NCBI GenBank assembly: GCA_965250155.1
Contig: OZ252291.1
Coordinates: forward strand, 68,583 to 132,582
Length of the DNA stretch: 64,000 nucleotides
Origin: Gemmatimonadales bacterium
GTDB taxonomy: Bacteria; Gemmatimonadota; Gemmatimonadetes; Gemmatimonadales; GWC2-71-9
Direction: 5' to 3'
Shown piece after piece: positions 45,547 to 55,448 of this stretch; position 1 is the first letter of the stretch; each line of letters begins with the position of its first letter. The translations under genes were made by a program, and so were the position numbers. Under the pieces are notes generated by a model. That model had not been told where the DNA came from. It was given only the letters and a program-made list of their open reading frames with translations, and made no database searches.

Positions 45547-46122
45547 GTGGGCCTCGGCAATCCGGGGCCGGAGTACGCGACCACCCGGCACAATGCAGGG
45601 TTCATGCTGGCAGATGCCATAGCGGAGGCGTGGGCGTTTCCACGGTTCCGCCGCCCGTGGCGCTGGCGGGCCCGCGTGTGTCGCGATGTCGTGGGCGATC
45701 GGAAAGTCGTCATAGTCAAACCTCAGACGTACATGAACCGGAGCGCCGCCGCCCTCGGGCCGCTCTTGAAGAACCCGGACTTCAACCCGACCACGGCTCT
45801 GCTGGTGCTGGTGGACGAGGTGGCTTTGCCGTTAGGGACATTCCGCCTTCGAGCCCGGGGCTCCGCCGGGGGGCACAACGGGCTCAAGAGCATCGCTGGA
45901 AGATTAGCCTCGGAAGACTACTGTCGATTACGCATCGGGATCGGTCCGCGTCCCGAAGAGGAAGATGGCGCGGACTTCGTGCTCTCGGACTTTGATGACG
46001 CCGAACTCTCGATATTGGATGGCCTGCTACCTGTCATGACCGAGGCCGTGAACTGCTGGATCTGCGAAGGCATCGAAACCGCCATGAACCGTTTCAACCG
46101 ACGAGGAACTCAGAGTGAGTGA
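45547..46122 (+). CDS. pth: peptidyl-tRNA hydrolase
   Basis: [19 protein letters not shown]...[12 protein letters not shown] start. Confidence 0.9.
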   Translation: MGLGNPGPEYATTRHNAGFMLADAIAEAWAFPRFRRPWRWRARVCRDVVGDRKVVIVKPQTYMNRSAAALGPLLKNPDFNPTTALLVLVDEVALPLGTFRLRARGSAGGHNGLKSIAGRLASEDYCRLRIGIGPRPEEEDGADFVLSDFDDAELSILDGLLPVMTEAVNCWICEGIETAMNRFNRRGTQSE

Positions 46123-48154
46123 TTTTGGATTCTTGCCTCCCACCGCCGTCGGCGCCGGCGTAGCCGGCCTCGTCCTGGCCTGGGTCACCTACCTGTATGT
46201 CAAGGGTCAGTCTCCCGGCAACGAGGTCATGCAGGAACTGGGTGCCGCGATTCACACCGGGGCGATGACGTTCCTGAAGCGCGAGTACTCATATCTCCTG
46301 CCGTTCCTGGTGGTGGTCGCAGTCCTGCTCGGTCTCGCACTGAGCTGGAATACGGCGGTGGCCTATTTGTTCGGTGGAATCTGTTCAATTCTTGCCGGGT
46401 TGTTCGGAATGCAGGCTGCGACCATATCCAACACGCGCACCAGCGAGGCCGCACGGTCGGACGGACAGGCCAAGGCACTCCGAGTCGCCTTCAGCGGTGG
46501 CGCCGTCATGGGACTTTCGGTGGCGAGCCTCGGCCTCCTGGGCATCGGCCTGATGTTCCTGATCTTTCTGGGCGCGCCGGAGCTCGGCAGCGGTTGGAGA
46601 GAGTTCAGCGAGATCATCGCCGGCTTTGCCATGGGTGCCTCGTCCATCGCTCTCTTCGCCCGCGTGGGCGGAGGGATTTACACCAAGGCCGCGGATGTTG
46701 GTGCCGACCTGGTGGGAAAAGTCGAAGCAGGAATCCCTGAAGACGACCCGAGGAATCCGGCCACCATAGCGGACAATGTGGGTGACAACGTAGGCGACGT
46801 GGCAGGGATGGGCGCCGACATCTTCGAGAGCTACGTCGGCGCTTCGATAGCGACGATCGCCATCGCAGCCACGAGTGCCGCCATCACCAATCGCGCAGCC
46901 GGCATTGCCCTGCCGCTGATCTTCATCCTGGCCGGGCTCGGGTCGAGCGTTATGGCGATTCTGTTTTTCCGTGTTCTGGAGAAATTCAGTCCGGCTGCAG
47001 CACTCCGGTGGGCAGGCTTCATCGCCGCCGGCTTCTTCCTCGTTGCTGCCTACTTCATCACCCGGGCCGTGGACATCGGGCTGCCCAACCCTCTCGGACC
47101 TTTCTGGGCGGTTCTGGCCGGCACCCTCGCCGGCCTCTTCATCGGTTTGGCCACTGAGTATTACACCGCCGGCAGACCGATTCGCACGATCGCGGAAGCG
47201 TCGCTGACCGGCCCGGCTACCAACATCATCTCCGGCTTGGCCATCGGCATGCGGTCCACCGCGGTGCCGGTGCTGCTGATCTGTGGCGCCATTTGGGTCG
47301 CTTACTCGACGGCCGGCCTCTACGGAATCGGCATCGCCGCGGTCGGCATGCTGGCCACAGTCGGCGTGACGATGTCAGTCGACGCGTACGGACCCATCGC
47401 TGATAACGCCGGTGGCATCAGCGAGATGAGCGGTCTGGGGCCAGAGGTCCGGAAGATTACCGACGGGCTCGACGCCCTGGGAAATACCACGGCTGCCATG
47501 GGCAAGGGCTTCGCCATCGGGTCTGCTGCATTGACCGCCCTGGCGCTGTTCAGCGCCTACGCCAACGCCGTCACGCCTGAGGGGGCCAATCCGATCCTGT
47601 TGAACATCGTCGACCCCAAGGTGGTCATCGGCCTGTTCCTCGGCGGCATCCTGCCGTTCTTCATCGGCGCTCAGACCATGACTGCCGTGGGTCGCGCCGC
47701 CGAGGGCATGGTGCAAGAGGTGCGGCGCCAGTTCAGGGAAATCCCAGGCATCATGGAAGGTACGACCAAGCCGGACAGCGCGCGGTGCGTGGACATTTCC
47801 ACGGCCGCTGCCCTGCGCGAAATGATCGTCCCGGGCCTCACTACGATCATTGCACCGGTGTTGGTGGGAAAAATTTTCGGCGTGGAGACCCTGGGCGGCA
47901 TGTTGGCTGGCGCGACCCTGACCGGCGTCATGCTGGCCTTGTTCATGGCTAACGCAGGCGGCGCGTGGGACAACGCCAAGAAACACATCGAGAGCGGTGC
48001 CCACGGTGGCAAGGGTTCAGACCCCCACAAAGCGGCGGTGGTAGGCGACACGGTCGGCGACCCGTTCAAGGACACGAGTGGACCGTCGCTGAACATCGTC
48101 ATCAAGCTGATGTCGGTGGTGAGTCTCGTTCTGGCACCTTGGTTCGTTGCCTGA
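46115..48154 (+). CDS. hppA: membrane-bound pyrophosphatase (K+-dependent type by the GNTTAA motif)
   Basis: [42 protein letters not shown] (Ala rather than Lys) and [16 protein letters not shown]. 679 aa, multi-pass. Confidence 0.95.
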   Translation: MSDFGFLPPTAVGAGVAGLVLAWVTYLYVKGQSPGNEVMQELGAAIHTGAMTFLKREYSYLLPFLVVVAVLLGLALSWNTAVAYLFGGICSILAGLFGMQAATISNTRTSEAARSDGQAKALRVAFSGGAVMGLSVASLGLLGIGLMFLIFLGAPELGSGWREFSEIIAGFAMGASSIALFARVGGGIYTKAADVGADLVGKVEAGIPEDDPRNPATIADNVGDNVGDVAGMGADIFESYVGASIATIAIAATSAAITNRAAGIALPLIFILAGLGSSVMAILFFRVLEKFSPAAALRWAGFIAAGFFLVAAYFITRAVDIGLPNPLGPFWAVLAGTLAGLFIGLATEYYTAGRPIRTIAEASLTGPATNIISGLAIGMRSTAVPVLLICGAIWVAYSTAGLYGIGIAAVGMLATVGVTMSVDAYGPIADNAGGISEMSGLGPEVRKITDGLDALGNTTAAMGKGFAIGSAALTALALFSAYANAVTPEGANPILLNIVDPKVVIGLFLGGILPFFIGAQTMTAVGRAAEGMVQEVRRQFREIPGIMEGTTKPDSARCVDISTAAALREMIVPGLTTIIAPVLVGKIFGVETLGGMLAGATLTGVMLALFMANAGGAWDNAKKHIESGAHGGKGSDPHKAAVVGDTVGDPFKDTSGPSLNIVIKLMSVVSLVLAPWFVA

Positions 48155-48216
48155 GAAGTGAGCGGTGAGAAGCAAGAGGGGAGCCCGACCTTCTTAGTCG
48201 CTAGCCCGGAGGCCTC

Positions 48217-49314
48217 ATGCTGAGGCTGGGAATCGTCGGCCTCCCCAACGTCGGCAAATCCACTCTGTTCAACGCACTCACCGAAGCTGGGGCGGCGGCG
48301 GCCAACTACCCGTTCTGCACCGTCGACCCCAACGTTGGCGTCGTGCCGATACCGGACGAGCGGCTCGACAAGCTGGCGGCGGTCGTGCAGCCGGAGAACG
48401 TGGTGCCGGCGATTATCGAATTTGTCGACATCGCCGGTTTGGTAAAGGGGGCGAGCCGGGGTGAAGGACTGGGAAACCAGTTCTTGGCTCATATCCGGGA
48501 AGTGGACGCCGTAATTCACGTCATTCGTTGTTTCGAGGATCCGGACGTCACTCACGTAATGGGGCCCCTCGACCCGGCCCGCGACCATGACGTGGTAACC
48601 ACAGAGCTGGCGCTGGCCGACCTTGCCGTGTTGGAGCGCCGTCTGGAGCGAGTTCGTAAGACGGCGCGGTCAGGCGAGAAGGGGGCTGCCCTCGAAGCGG
48701 AGTTTATCGAGCGTATCATCGACGAGCTCAATGCAGGCAGCGGAGCGCGCGCCGTCGCCAAGACAGAAGAGCAGCGACGCTGGGTCAAGCAGTTCGGGAT
48801 ACTGACCGCCAAGCCGATCCTCTATGCGGTCAACGTCGCCGAGGAAGACCTCGGAGGCGCCATACCGGCCATGACCGCCCTGGAAGAAGCAATCAAGACC
48901 CACCACGAAGAAGCCGAGATTGTCCCCTTCTCCGCCAAGTTCGAAGCGGAACTCCTCGAGTTGAATCCGGCCGAGCGGAGCGACTTCCTCGACAGCGCCG
49001 GCCTGTCGGCTCCGGGTCTGAATCGACTGGTCCGGGCGAGTTATTGCCTGCTCCACCTTCAGACATTCTTCACGATCGGGCCGAACGAGGTGCGGGCCTG
49101 GACGATATCCACAGGGGCCACCGCCCACGATGCGGCCGGCGAGATTCATTCGGACTTCCAACGCGGGTTTATCCGGGCCGAAACGATCCACGTAACAAGC
49201 TTTCTCGAAGCAAGGTCATACAAGGCCGCTCGAGATGTTGGGCTCGTGCGCAGCGAGGGAAAAGACTATGTAGTGCAGGATGGGGATGTGTTACTGTTTC
49301 GGTTCAATGTGTGA
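48217..49314 (+). CDS. ychF: redox-regulated ATPase YchF
   Basis: GIVGLPNVGKSTLFNALT...DIAGLVKGAS.GEGLGNQFL... and a C-terminal TGS-like GKDYVVQDGDVLLFRFNV. Confidence 0.95.
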   Translation: MLRLGIVGLPNVGKSTLFNALTEAGAAAANYPFCTVDPNVGVVPIPDERLDKLAAVVQPENVVPAIIEFVDIAGLVKGASRGEGLGNQFLAHIREVDAVIHVIRCFEDPDVTHVMGPLDPARDHDVVTTELALADLAVLERRLERVRKTARSGEKGAALEAEFIERIIDELNAGSGARAVAKTEEQRRWVKQFGILTAKPILYAVNVAEEDLGGAIPAMTALEEAIKTHHEEAEIVPFSAKFEAELLELNPAERSDFLDSAGLSAPGLNRLVRASYCLLHLQTFFTIGPNEVRAWTISTGATAHDAAGEIHSDFQRGFIRAETIHVTSFLEARSYKAARDVGLVRSEGKDYVVQDGDVLLFRFNV

Positions 49315-49673
49315 GCGTGGAGGGGGTAGGCAGTGTATTGTTTCACGCGAAATGAGACATTGCGGTGTTGACAGTTGACGGGCCTTTCTGGCTCGTGGGC
49401 GTAACGTTGAGCGGCAGCGGGAGCTGACGCCGACCGAGATTGACGGCACGACGATGGGCCCGGGCTGCCGCGAGCTTCTGACTACGTTGCTCCTGCACGT
49501 GTGACGCCAGTCCGGCGTGGACTGTAACGGGAGTCAGATAGCCCAAGGTCCCTACTTCCCTCTTCTCCCCGGGCAGTTTAGACTTCCCCCCTTACAATCC
49601 GGCCTCTGGGCCGCCACATACCACCTACTCCGCCTTACACCTGGGCGGGGTCATACGTCCAAAGGGAGGTGTT

Positions 49674-50093
49674 GTGACTTGTCGATACGAGATCGTCTAC
49701 ATTTTTGACAGCACGGTTGAAGAGGCTCAGGTCGACCAAACACTGGAACGCTTTCATACCCTGCTGAAGAGCGAAGAGAACCCCGAACCGATTCGAAATG
49801 TGAACCACTGGGGGAAGCGAACCCTTGCCTACTCCATCGGCGGCAATGAGATCGGGTACTACGTGGTTGCGCAGTTCGCCACGGATCCGACTCTGTTGCC
49901 GGAGTTCGAGCGGCTGCTCAAGCTCGAAGAGTCTGTCATTCGCTACCAGATCGTGTTGAATGAAGGCGAAGTGCCGGTGCCTGCACCGCTTCCCGACATG
50001 GGCAGCGGGGCGAAACCGTCGGACGGGCAATCCCAACCCGATGCGGATTTATCAAAGGGCAGCGGACAGAAGGACGAGGAGGACACTAATTGA
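49674..50093 (+). CDS. rpsF: 30S ribosomal protein S6
   Basis: [28 protein letters not shown]...WGKRTLAY.I....GYYVV, with an acidic tail. GTG start. Confidence 0.9.
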   Translation: MTCRYEIVYIFDSTVEEAQVDQTLERFHTLLKSEENPEPIRNVNHWGKRTLAYSIGGNEIGYYVVAQFATDPTLLPEFERLLKLEESVIRYQIVLNEGEVPVPAPLPDMGSGAKPSDGQSQPDADLSKGSGQKDEEDTN

Positions 50094-50308
50094 GGAGAAC
50101 TAGGAAGACCTGTCCGGTGTGTGAGATGGGCGTGCGGGTCGTCGACTACAAGGATGAACGGACACTCCAGCGCTTCATCACCGACCGAGGGAAAATCCTT
50201 CCCCGCAGGCTCTCGGGCACTTGCGCCAGACACCAGCGCCAACTCGGCACTGCAATCAAGCGCGCCCGCCATATAGCACTGCTGCCGTTCATCCGCACGA
50301 CCGCATAA
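50090..50308 (+). CDS. rpsR: 30S ribosomal protein S18
   Basis: [50 protein letters not shown]. Confidence 0.95.
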   Translation: MRRTRKTCPVCEMGVRVVDYKDERTLQRFITDRGKILPRRLSGTCARHQRQLGTAIKRARHIALLPFIRTTA

Positions 50309-51270
50309 TGTCGGTGCCGCCCGAGTCCCCAAGGGGTGGGGGTGGGCTCGGGCTGTTGCTTGTGTTCGGCGCGGGGATTGCTTTTGCGATCTTTGCACCG
50401 ATCGGGCTGCTCACGGTGCCGCTGGCAGGGTTGGTGCTCGTCACCCGATTCCGGCGCCTCCGCGCAGTCGTCACCGCGTCGCTCCTCACCGGCATCAGCC
50501 TCTGGTGGCTCGTACAGATCGGCGACCCTCCAGATCAGGTAATCCGAGCTGCAGCGGTCATGGGAAGCGCGGCGTTCGTGGTGACATTCTTGTCCACGAG
50601 CTGGTCTCTCACACACCGTTCTCTGGCCGCGATCGGGGTAGCTGCAGGGGGGACAGCGGCCTTGCTCGCCGCCGCCCGCACCTCTTGGCCGGAGATACGT
50701 TGGTGGGTGGAGTCGCGGGTCCAGTTCGCAGCCCAGTTGGCGCTGACCAGACTATCGGGCGACGAACCCGGGGCGGGCGACGATGCCCTGGTGGTCCAGC
50801 TCAAAGCCTGGTTCGAATCGGTCATTCCGCTCATGGCGGATTTCTTCCCCGCGACCGTCGCGGTGCAGATGCTGGCGGGTCTTGCCCTGGCGACGGCCTT
50901 ATATCGCCGTTTCGCCCCAGCGGCGGGAGTTACGTGGGGGAAGTTCAGAGATTTTCGCTTCTCTGAGCATCTGGGGTGGATCGCAGTCATCGCACTGGCG
51001 ATCGTGCTGCTCACGAGGGCCGCCACGTTGAAGCTCATGGCGGCGAATGTGCTCGTCGTGGCTGGTCTCCTTTACACATTACGGGGGACCGCCGTAGCAT
51101 GGTTTGGTCTCACGCTGACCGGTGGACCTGGGCTTCTCACGACGGGCCTAGTTGCCTTTTCGGTGGTGTTCATGTTGCCCGTCATAATCATCGGCGCCAT
51201 TTTTATTGGTGTGGTGGACGCGGGCTTGGACCTGAGACGGCGGTGGCCAACACCGCAAGAGAGAACCTGA
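50308..51270 (+). CDS. multi-pass membrane protein (DUF2232/YybS-like position upstream of rplI)
   Basis: ATG at 50308 overlaps the rpsR TAA (TAATG). 320 aa with at least 6 hydrophobic segments. Confidence 0.65.
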   Translation: MSVPPESPRGGGGLGLLLVFGAGIAFAIFAPIGLLTVPLAGLVLVTRFRRLRAVVTASLLTGISLWWLVQIGDPPDQVIRAAAVMGSAAFVVTFLSTSWSLTHRSLAAIGVAAGGTAALLAAARTSWPEIRWWVESRVQFAAQLALTRLSGDEPGAGDDALVVQLKAWFESVIPLMADFFPATVAVQMLAGLALATALYRRFAPAAGVTWGKFRDFRFSEHLGWIAVIALAIVLLTRAATLKLMAANVLVVAGLLYTLRGTAVAWFGLTLTGGPGLLTTGLVAFSVVFMLPVIIIGAIFIGVVDAGLDLRRRWPTPQERT

Positions 51271-51272
51271 AG

Positions 51273-51719
51273 ATGGAAGTCATTCTTCGAGAGGAAATCG
51301 CACACTTGGGACGGATTGGAGAAACCGTGCGAGTGAAAGATGGCTACGCGCGGAACTTCTTGATCCCGTACGGCAAGGCTTATCTGGCCACAGAAGGCAA
51401 CAAGCGACAGGTTGAGATGGAACACGCGCGGCGTGCCAAGCGCCTCGCGATGGAACGCACGGAAGCGGAACAGCTCGCTGCAAGACTGGCAACCGTCACA
51501 CTGGCCTTCACAGCAAAGACCGGCGACGGAGACCGGTTGTTTGGCTCGATAACGACAGCGGAAATCGCCGACCGGCTGGTCGAAGCGGGACATCCAGTCG
51601 ACAAACGTCACATCGAGTTGCACGAGCCGATCAAGATGATCGGTGAGCACCGTGTCGCAATCCGGTTGCATGCAGACGTCCGACCCGAAATCCTCGTGAC
51701 AGTGACCAAGGAGCAGTAG
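51273..51719 (+). CDS. rplI: 50S ribosomal protein L9
   Basis: MEVILREEIAHLGRIGETVRVKDGYARNFLIPYGKA. Confidence 0.95.
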   Translation: MEVILREEIAHLGRIGETVRVKDGYARNFLIPYGKAYLATEGNKRQVEMEHARRAKRLAMERTEAEQLAARLATVTLAFTAKTGDGDRLFGSITTAEIADRLVEAGHPVDKRHIELHEPIKMIGEHRVAIRLHADVRPEILVTVTKEQ

Positions 51720-51731
51720 GGGATCGCGTTA

Positions 51732-53573
51732 GTGGGCATCGTCTATTTGGACGGCTCCCGCCTGCGCCGCAGCCTGATCGCGGCGGCCGACTGGGTGGAA
51801 ACCGGACGAGAAGAACTCAATCGCATAAACGTCTTCCCCGTGCCCGACGGCGACACGGGGACCAACCTTGCGTTGACCCTCCGGGCGGTGGCCCAAGCGC
51901 TCACCCCTCTAGAAAACGCACACCTTCCCGTTGTCACTAAGGCCATGGCCGACGCGTGCGTGATGAGCGCTCATGGCAACTCCGGCATGCTACTGTCCCA
52001 ATTTCTGCTCGGGTTTCGGGAGGCTCTCGGAGAGCGTCACAGCGCCAGTCCCGCCAACGTCGCCGCAGCGTTCCGGGCAGGCGCCAATCGTCTCCACGCG
52101 GCACTCGACAACCCGATCGAAGGAACCATCCTCACCGTCTGTCGGGAGACCGCCGACGCGGCAGAACGGGCAGCGTCCGCTACACACGACTTCGACGACT
52201 TCATGAGCCGCACCCTCAGCGGCGCCAGGGCTGCCCTCCTCAAGACACCGGAACTCCTTTTCACACTCAAGCAAGCCGGCGTGGTAGATGCCGGCGGCAA
52301 AGGATTCGTTCGCCTGCTGGAGGGCGTCGTCCGATTGATCGATGGCACCCCCGTTGCATCAGCCACCTCTGACAAAGGAAAGGTCGTTCCCGCGGCGGCG
52401 GCGCTGACACAAGTGGAGCGAGACCGGGATTTTCGGTGGTGCACTGAGGTGTTGATACGAGGCGGCGGGTTTCCCCCCTCGACCGAACTACGAGCGGCTC
52501 TCCGACCGCTGGGAGGCTCCATCGTGGTTCTGTCAGCGGACACCGTGCTCAAGATCCACATCCACACGAACTCACCGGAAACGGTGTACGAGAAAGCCGC
52601 TGAGTGGGGATTGGTCGAACAGACCAAGGCAGACGACATGCGGGCGCAGCACGAGGTGCTCCACGACGACGCCGTTTCCGGGCTCGGGATCGTGGTGGAT
52701 TCGAGCTGCGATCTCCCCGATGAAACTATCGATCGTTACGGCTTCGTACTCGCCCCCATCCAAATCATGGACGGCGAGCGAACCTATCTCGATCGGATCG
52801 AGATACGTCCCGCCGAGGTCTACCGTCGGATGCGGCTCGGCGATACAACGTTCACAACCTCCCAGCCCACGCCGTCGGCATTCGCCGAAGCGTATCAGGA
52901 CGCACGAAGCGTTGCACGGGAAGCTCTATGCCTCACTCTTTCCGGCGGGTTGTCCGGCACCTTCGATTCGGCCCGGGCCGCGGTGACCACAAGCGGTCTG
53001 GACGGGATCACCGTCATTGACTCCCGTTCAATATCTCTGGGGCTCGGCATGCTCGCGTTGAGGGCCCGAGAATTGGCTGAGGACGGCGTGTCCCTCAGCC
53101 AACTGATCGAAGAGTTGTTGCGGGTTCGAGCCAACTCCGGTGCTCTGATCGTGGTGGGAAAGATTGAGCACCTGGTGCGCTCCGGCCGGGTGAGCCGAAC
53201 TCGTGGATGGCTCGGCAGACTCCTCAACATCACTCCCATCATCGAACTCACGCCCACAGAAGGAAAAGTCACGGCAGTGGACCGGGTGCGCAAATCCAAA
53301 GCCCTCATACCGCGAGTGTTACAGCACCTCGAGCGACGCCTCACTCCCCGACCGAGACAACTGCGCATAGGAATCGCCCATGCCGACGCGGCCGACACCG
53401 CAGCCACGGTGTGCGAGGAGGTCCAGAAGCGATTTCACCCCCGAGAGTGTTTGGTTGCAGATGTTACCGCAGCCTTGGGAGTCCACGTCGGTCCCGGAAC
53501 CTGGGCTGTCTTCTACCAGATCGAAGAACAGGGCGATGCACCTCGGAACAATTACTCCTCCGAGAGACTATGA
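51732..53573 (+). CDS. DAK2 (DhaL/FakA-like) domain fused to a DegV (FakB-like) fatty-acid-binding domain
   Basis: N-terminus: LNRINVFPVPDGDTGTNLALTL...HGNSGMLLSQF (DAK2). C-terminus: GIVVDSSCDLPDETIDRYGFVLAPIQIMDGERTYLDRIEI...TTSQPTPSAF (DegV). 613 aa. Confidence 0.85.
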   Translation: MGIVYLDGSRLRRSLIAAADWVETGREELNRINVFPVPDGDTGTNLALTLRAVAQALTPLENAHLPVVTKAMADACVMSAHGNSGMLLSQFLLGFREALGERHSASPANVAAAFRAGANRLHAALDNPIEGTILTVCRETADAAERAASATHDFDDFMSRTLSGARAALLKTPELLFTLKQAGVVDAGGKGFVRLLEGVVRLIDGTPVASATSDKGKVVPAAAALTQVERDRDFRWCTEVLIRGGGFPPSTELRAALRPLGGSIVVLSADTVLKIHIHTNSPETVYEKAAEWGLVEQTKADDMRAQHEVLHDDAVSGLGIVVDSSCDLPDETIDRYGFVLAPIQIMDGERTYLDRIEIRPAEVYRRMRLGDTTFTTSQPTPSAFAEAYQDARSVAREALCLTLSGGLSGTFDSARAAVTTSGLDGITVIDSRSISLGLGMLALRARELAEDGVSLSQLIEELLRVRANSGALIVVGKIEHLVRSGRVSRTRGWLGRLLNITPIIELTPTEGKVTAVDRVRKSKALIPRVLQHLERRLTPRPRQLRIGIAHADAADTAATVCEEVQKRFHPRECLVADVTAALGVHVGPGTWAVFYQIEEQGDAPRNNYSSERL

Positions 53574-53935
53574 AGGGAGATTGGGTGTCCCGAGAGCGTG
53601 ATGTGCAGGCGGTGGTGAACGCGCTCGAGGCGCACAAGGCATCAGATATCGTTGTGCTGGACTTGCGCAATCTTGGCAGTGCAACGGATTTCTTCATAAT
53701 AGCATCCGGGACATCAGACACGCATGTACGTGCCCTGGGCAACAGGGTTCTCGAGGCCCTCGCTGCCGACAGTCGCAAGCCGCACCATACTGAAGGGCTT
53801 TCGGAGGGACGTTGGGCATTGCTCGACTACGTGGACTTCGTGGTTCACGTCTTTCACCCCACACTGCGGGCGTTTTACCAGCTGGAACGACTGTGGGGCG
53901 AGGCGCCAGCGGCGCTGATCGAGTCACCCGGGTGA
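53570..53935 (+). CDS. rsfS: ribosome silencing factor
   Basis: ASDIVVLDLRNLGSATDFFIIASGTSDTHVRAL...WALLDYVDFVVHVFHP..R.FY.LE.LW. ATGA overlap with the upstream gene. Confidence 0.9.
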   Translation: MKGDWVSRERDVQAVVNALEAHKASDIVVLDLRNLGSATDFFIIASGTSDTHVRALGNRVLEALAADSRKPHHTEGLSEGRWALLDYVDFVVHVFHPTLRAFYQLERLWGEAPAALIESPG

Positions 53936-53963
53936 TTGTGCGCCAGCCCCACGTTATTTTCCC

Positions 53964-55448
53964 GTGGTGAATTACACGCGCAAAGGACGCAGGCATGCCT
54001 GGTGCGGCCGTAAGCATGGCTGGTACGGCGGTAGGCATGCCTACCGCCTACTAGCTGCTCTCCTTCCCGGCCTGTATGCCTGCGGGTCGGGCGAAGCGGC
54101 AAACCCCATCCGCGACGCCTTGGCGGCGGAGGCCTCTGCACCGGCCTTGGGCACACCGGTTGTATTTCGCTTCCCGGCCAACCCCGGCCCCGGCGTTCGC
54201 CTCTACAAGTTTCCGGCGCTGATCGAGGTCGAATGGCGATTCGACACCCCTACCGTCGCTGCCAGCCATGTGGTGGGCTTTACCTCGACCGAGCGGCAGA
54301 TCTACGTACAAAAGGACTCTTCAGAACTCCTGGCCCTCGACCTGCAAAGCGGACGTGACTACACAGTCGACTCTGTGGTCGCAGCAGCCGTAATCGGCCC
54401 AACGGGTACGCCACATCTCGTGGACCTGGATGGGAGCCTGGCAACGGTCGTCGACCGGCACACGCAACGGTGGGATTCGATCGTTCGGGAGCAGCCGAAG
54501 CGTATCTGGGGCACGACCGAGGGACGCTTGTTGGCGTTGATCGAAACGGAGGCGGGCCGACGGCTGGAGCTGTTCACCGATAAGGGGCGTCTCGCCGACA
54601 TCGAGCTCCCCACCGGACTCCTGGCGGTCACCCGATGGGGCGATCTCGTGGCCGTAGCGGCGGACTCCGGCTTGATCGTCCAAAGGACCAACCCCAACCC
54701 CTCTGACGGGGTGAAATTCCTCCCCCTCGCAAGCGAAGTGACGGCGATGGTGTTTTCCGCTGCCGGGCACTACCTGTTCATCGCCACGGCAAAACGTGAA
54801 CTTCTCGTCGTCAACCGATTCCAGTTCACCGATCCTGAAAAATACCCCCTCGCCCATCGCGTAGAAGCCATGCGGACAGGTCCCCTGGGACAGTTTCTGC
54901 TGCTCAGGCCGGAGGGCCGGGATTCCCTTTGGATCACCGAAGAGGCCGAGCTTGCAAACGTGGTGAGCGTGGCTGGATCCTGGCAGGACGACCTACCCGC
55001 CATCGCTTCGGACGGAACCGTTCTCGTGCGTCAGGGGGACGATGTCGTCGCCATCGACCCGGAGACGGGAGCCCGGAGAGGGCGCATTGAGGACGCTGCC
55101 CGCGACCGCTGGCTCGCCATAGCCTGGGATCCGCGACGGCCGACCCTGCAGTTGGCCGAAGAGGCGGCAACCGACGACCAGCAGGAGACGACGGGGGAAG
55201 AAGACCAGACGAAGTTCTACGTGCAGCTGAGCAGCACCTCCAACTTGACCTGGGCCCAGGCCCGCCGGGATGAGCTCCTACAGGCGCAACTCAGGGCGCT
55301 GGTTCTCTATCCTACCGAGTACTACGACATTTACAGAGTCGTGCTTGGCCCTTACGGTACGCGGGAGGAGGCCGATAACATCGGCCGCCGGCTCGGGCAG
55401 CCGTATTTCCTCCTCCCGATGCGGGATCCGACGGCCACCAATCAATGA
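53964..55448 (+). CDS. lipoprotein with a C-terminal SPOR domain
   Basis: LLAALLPGLYACGSG lipobox. C-terminus FYVQLSSTSNLTWAQARRDELLQAQLRALVLYPTEYYDIYRVVLGPYGTREEADNIGRRL (SPOR pattern). Confidence 0.75.
   Translation: MVNYTRKGRRHAWCGRKHGWYGGRHAYRLLAALLPGLYACGSGEAANPIRDALAAEASAPALGTPVVFRFPANPGPGVRLYKFPALIEVEWRFDTPTVAASHVVGFTSTERQIYVQKDSSELLALDLQSGRDYTVDSVVAAAVIGPTGTPHLVDLDGSLATVVDRHTQRWDSIVREQPKRIWGTTEGRLLALIETEAGRRLELFTDKGRLADIELPTGLLAVTRWGDLVAVAADSGLIVQRTNPNPSDGVKFLPLASEVTAMVFSAAGHYLFIATAKRELLVVNRFQFTDPEKYPLAHRVEAMRTGPLGQFLLLRPEGRDSLWITEEAELANVVSVAGSWQDDLPAIASDGTVLVRQGDDVVAIDPETGARRGRIEDAARDRWLAIAWDPRRPTLQLAEEAATDDQQETTGEEDQTKFYVQLSSTSNLTWAQARRDELLQAQLRALVLYPTEYYDIYRVVLGPYGTREEADNIGRRLGQPYFLLPMRDPTATNQ
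53988..54048 (+). repeat. 21-bp tandem repeat x3 (CGYARGCATGSCTGGTRCGGC) inside the signal-peptide n-region
   Basis: CGCAGGCATGCCTGGTGCGGC / CGTAAGCATGGCTGGTACGGC / GGTAGGCATGCCTACCGCC read directly. Translates as RHAWCG-RKHGWYG-GRHAYR. Confidence 0.75.
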
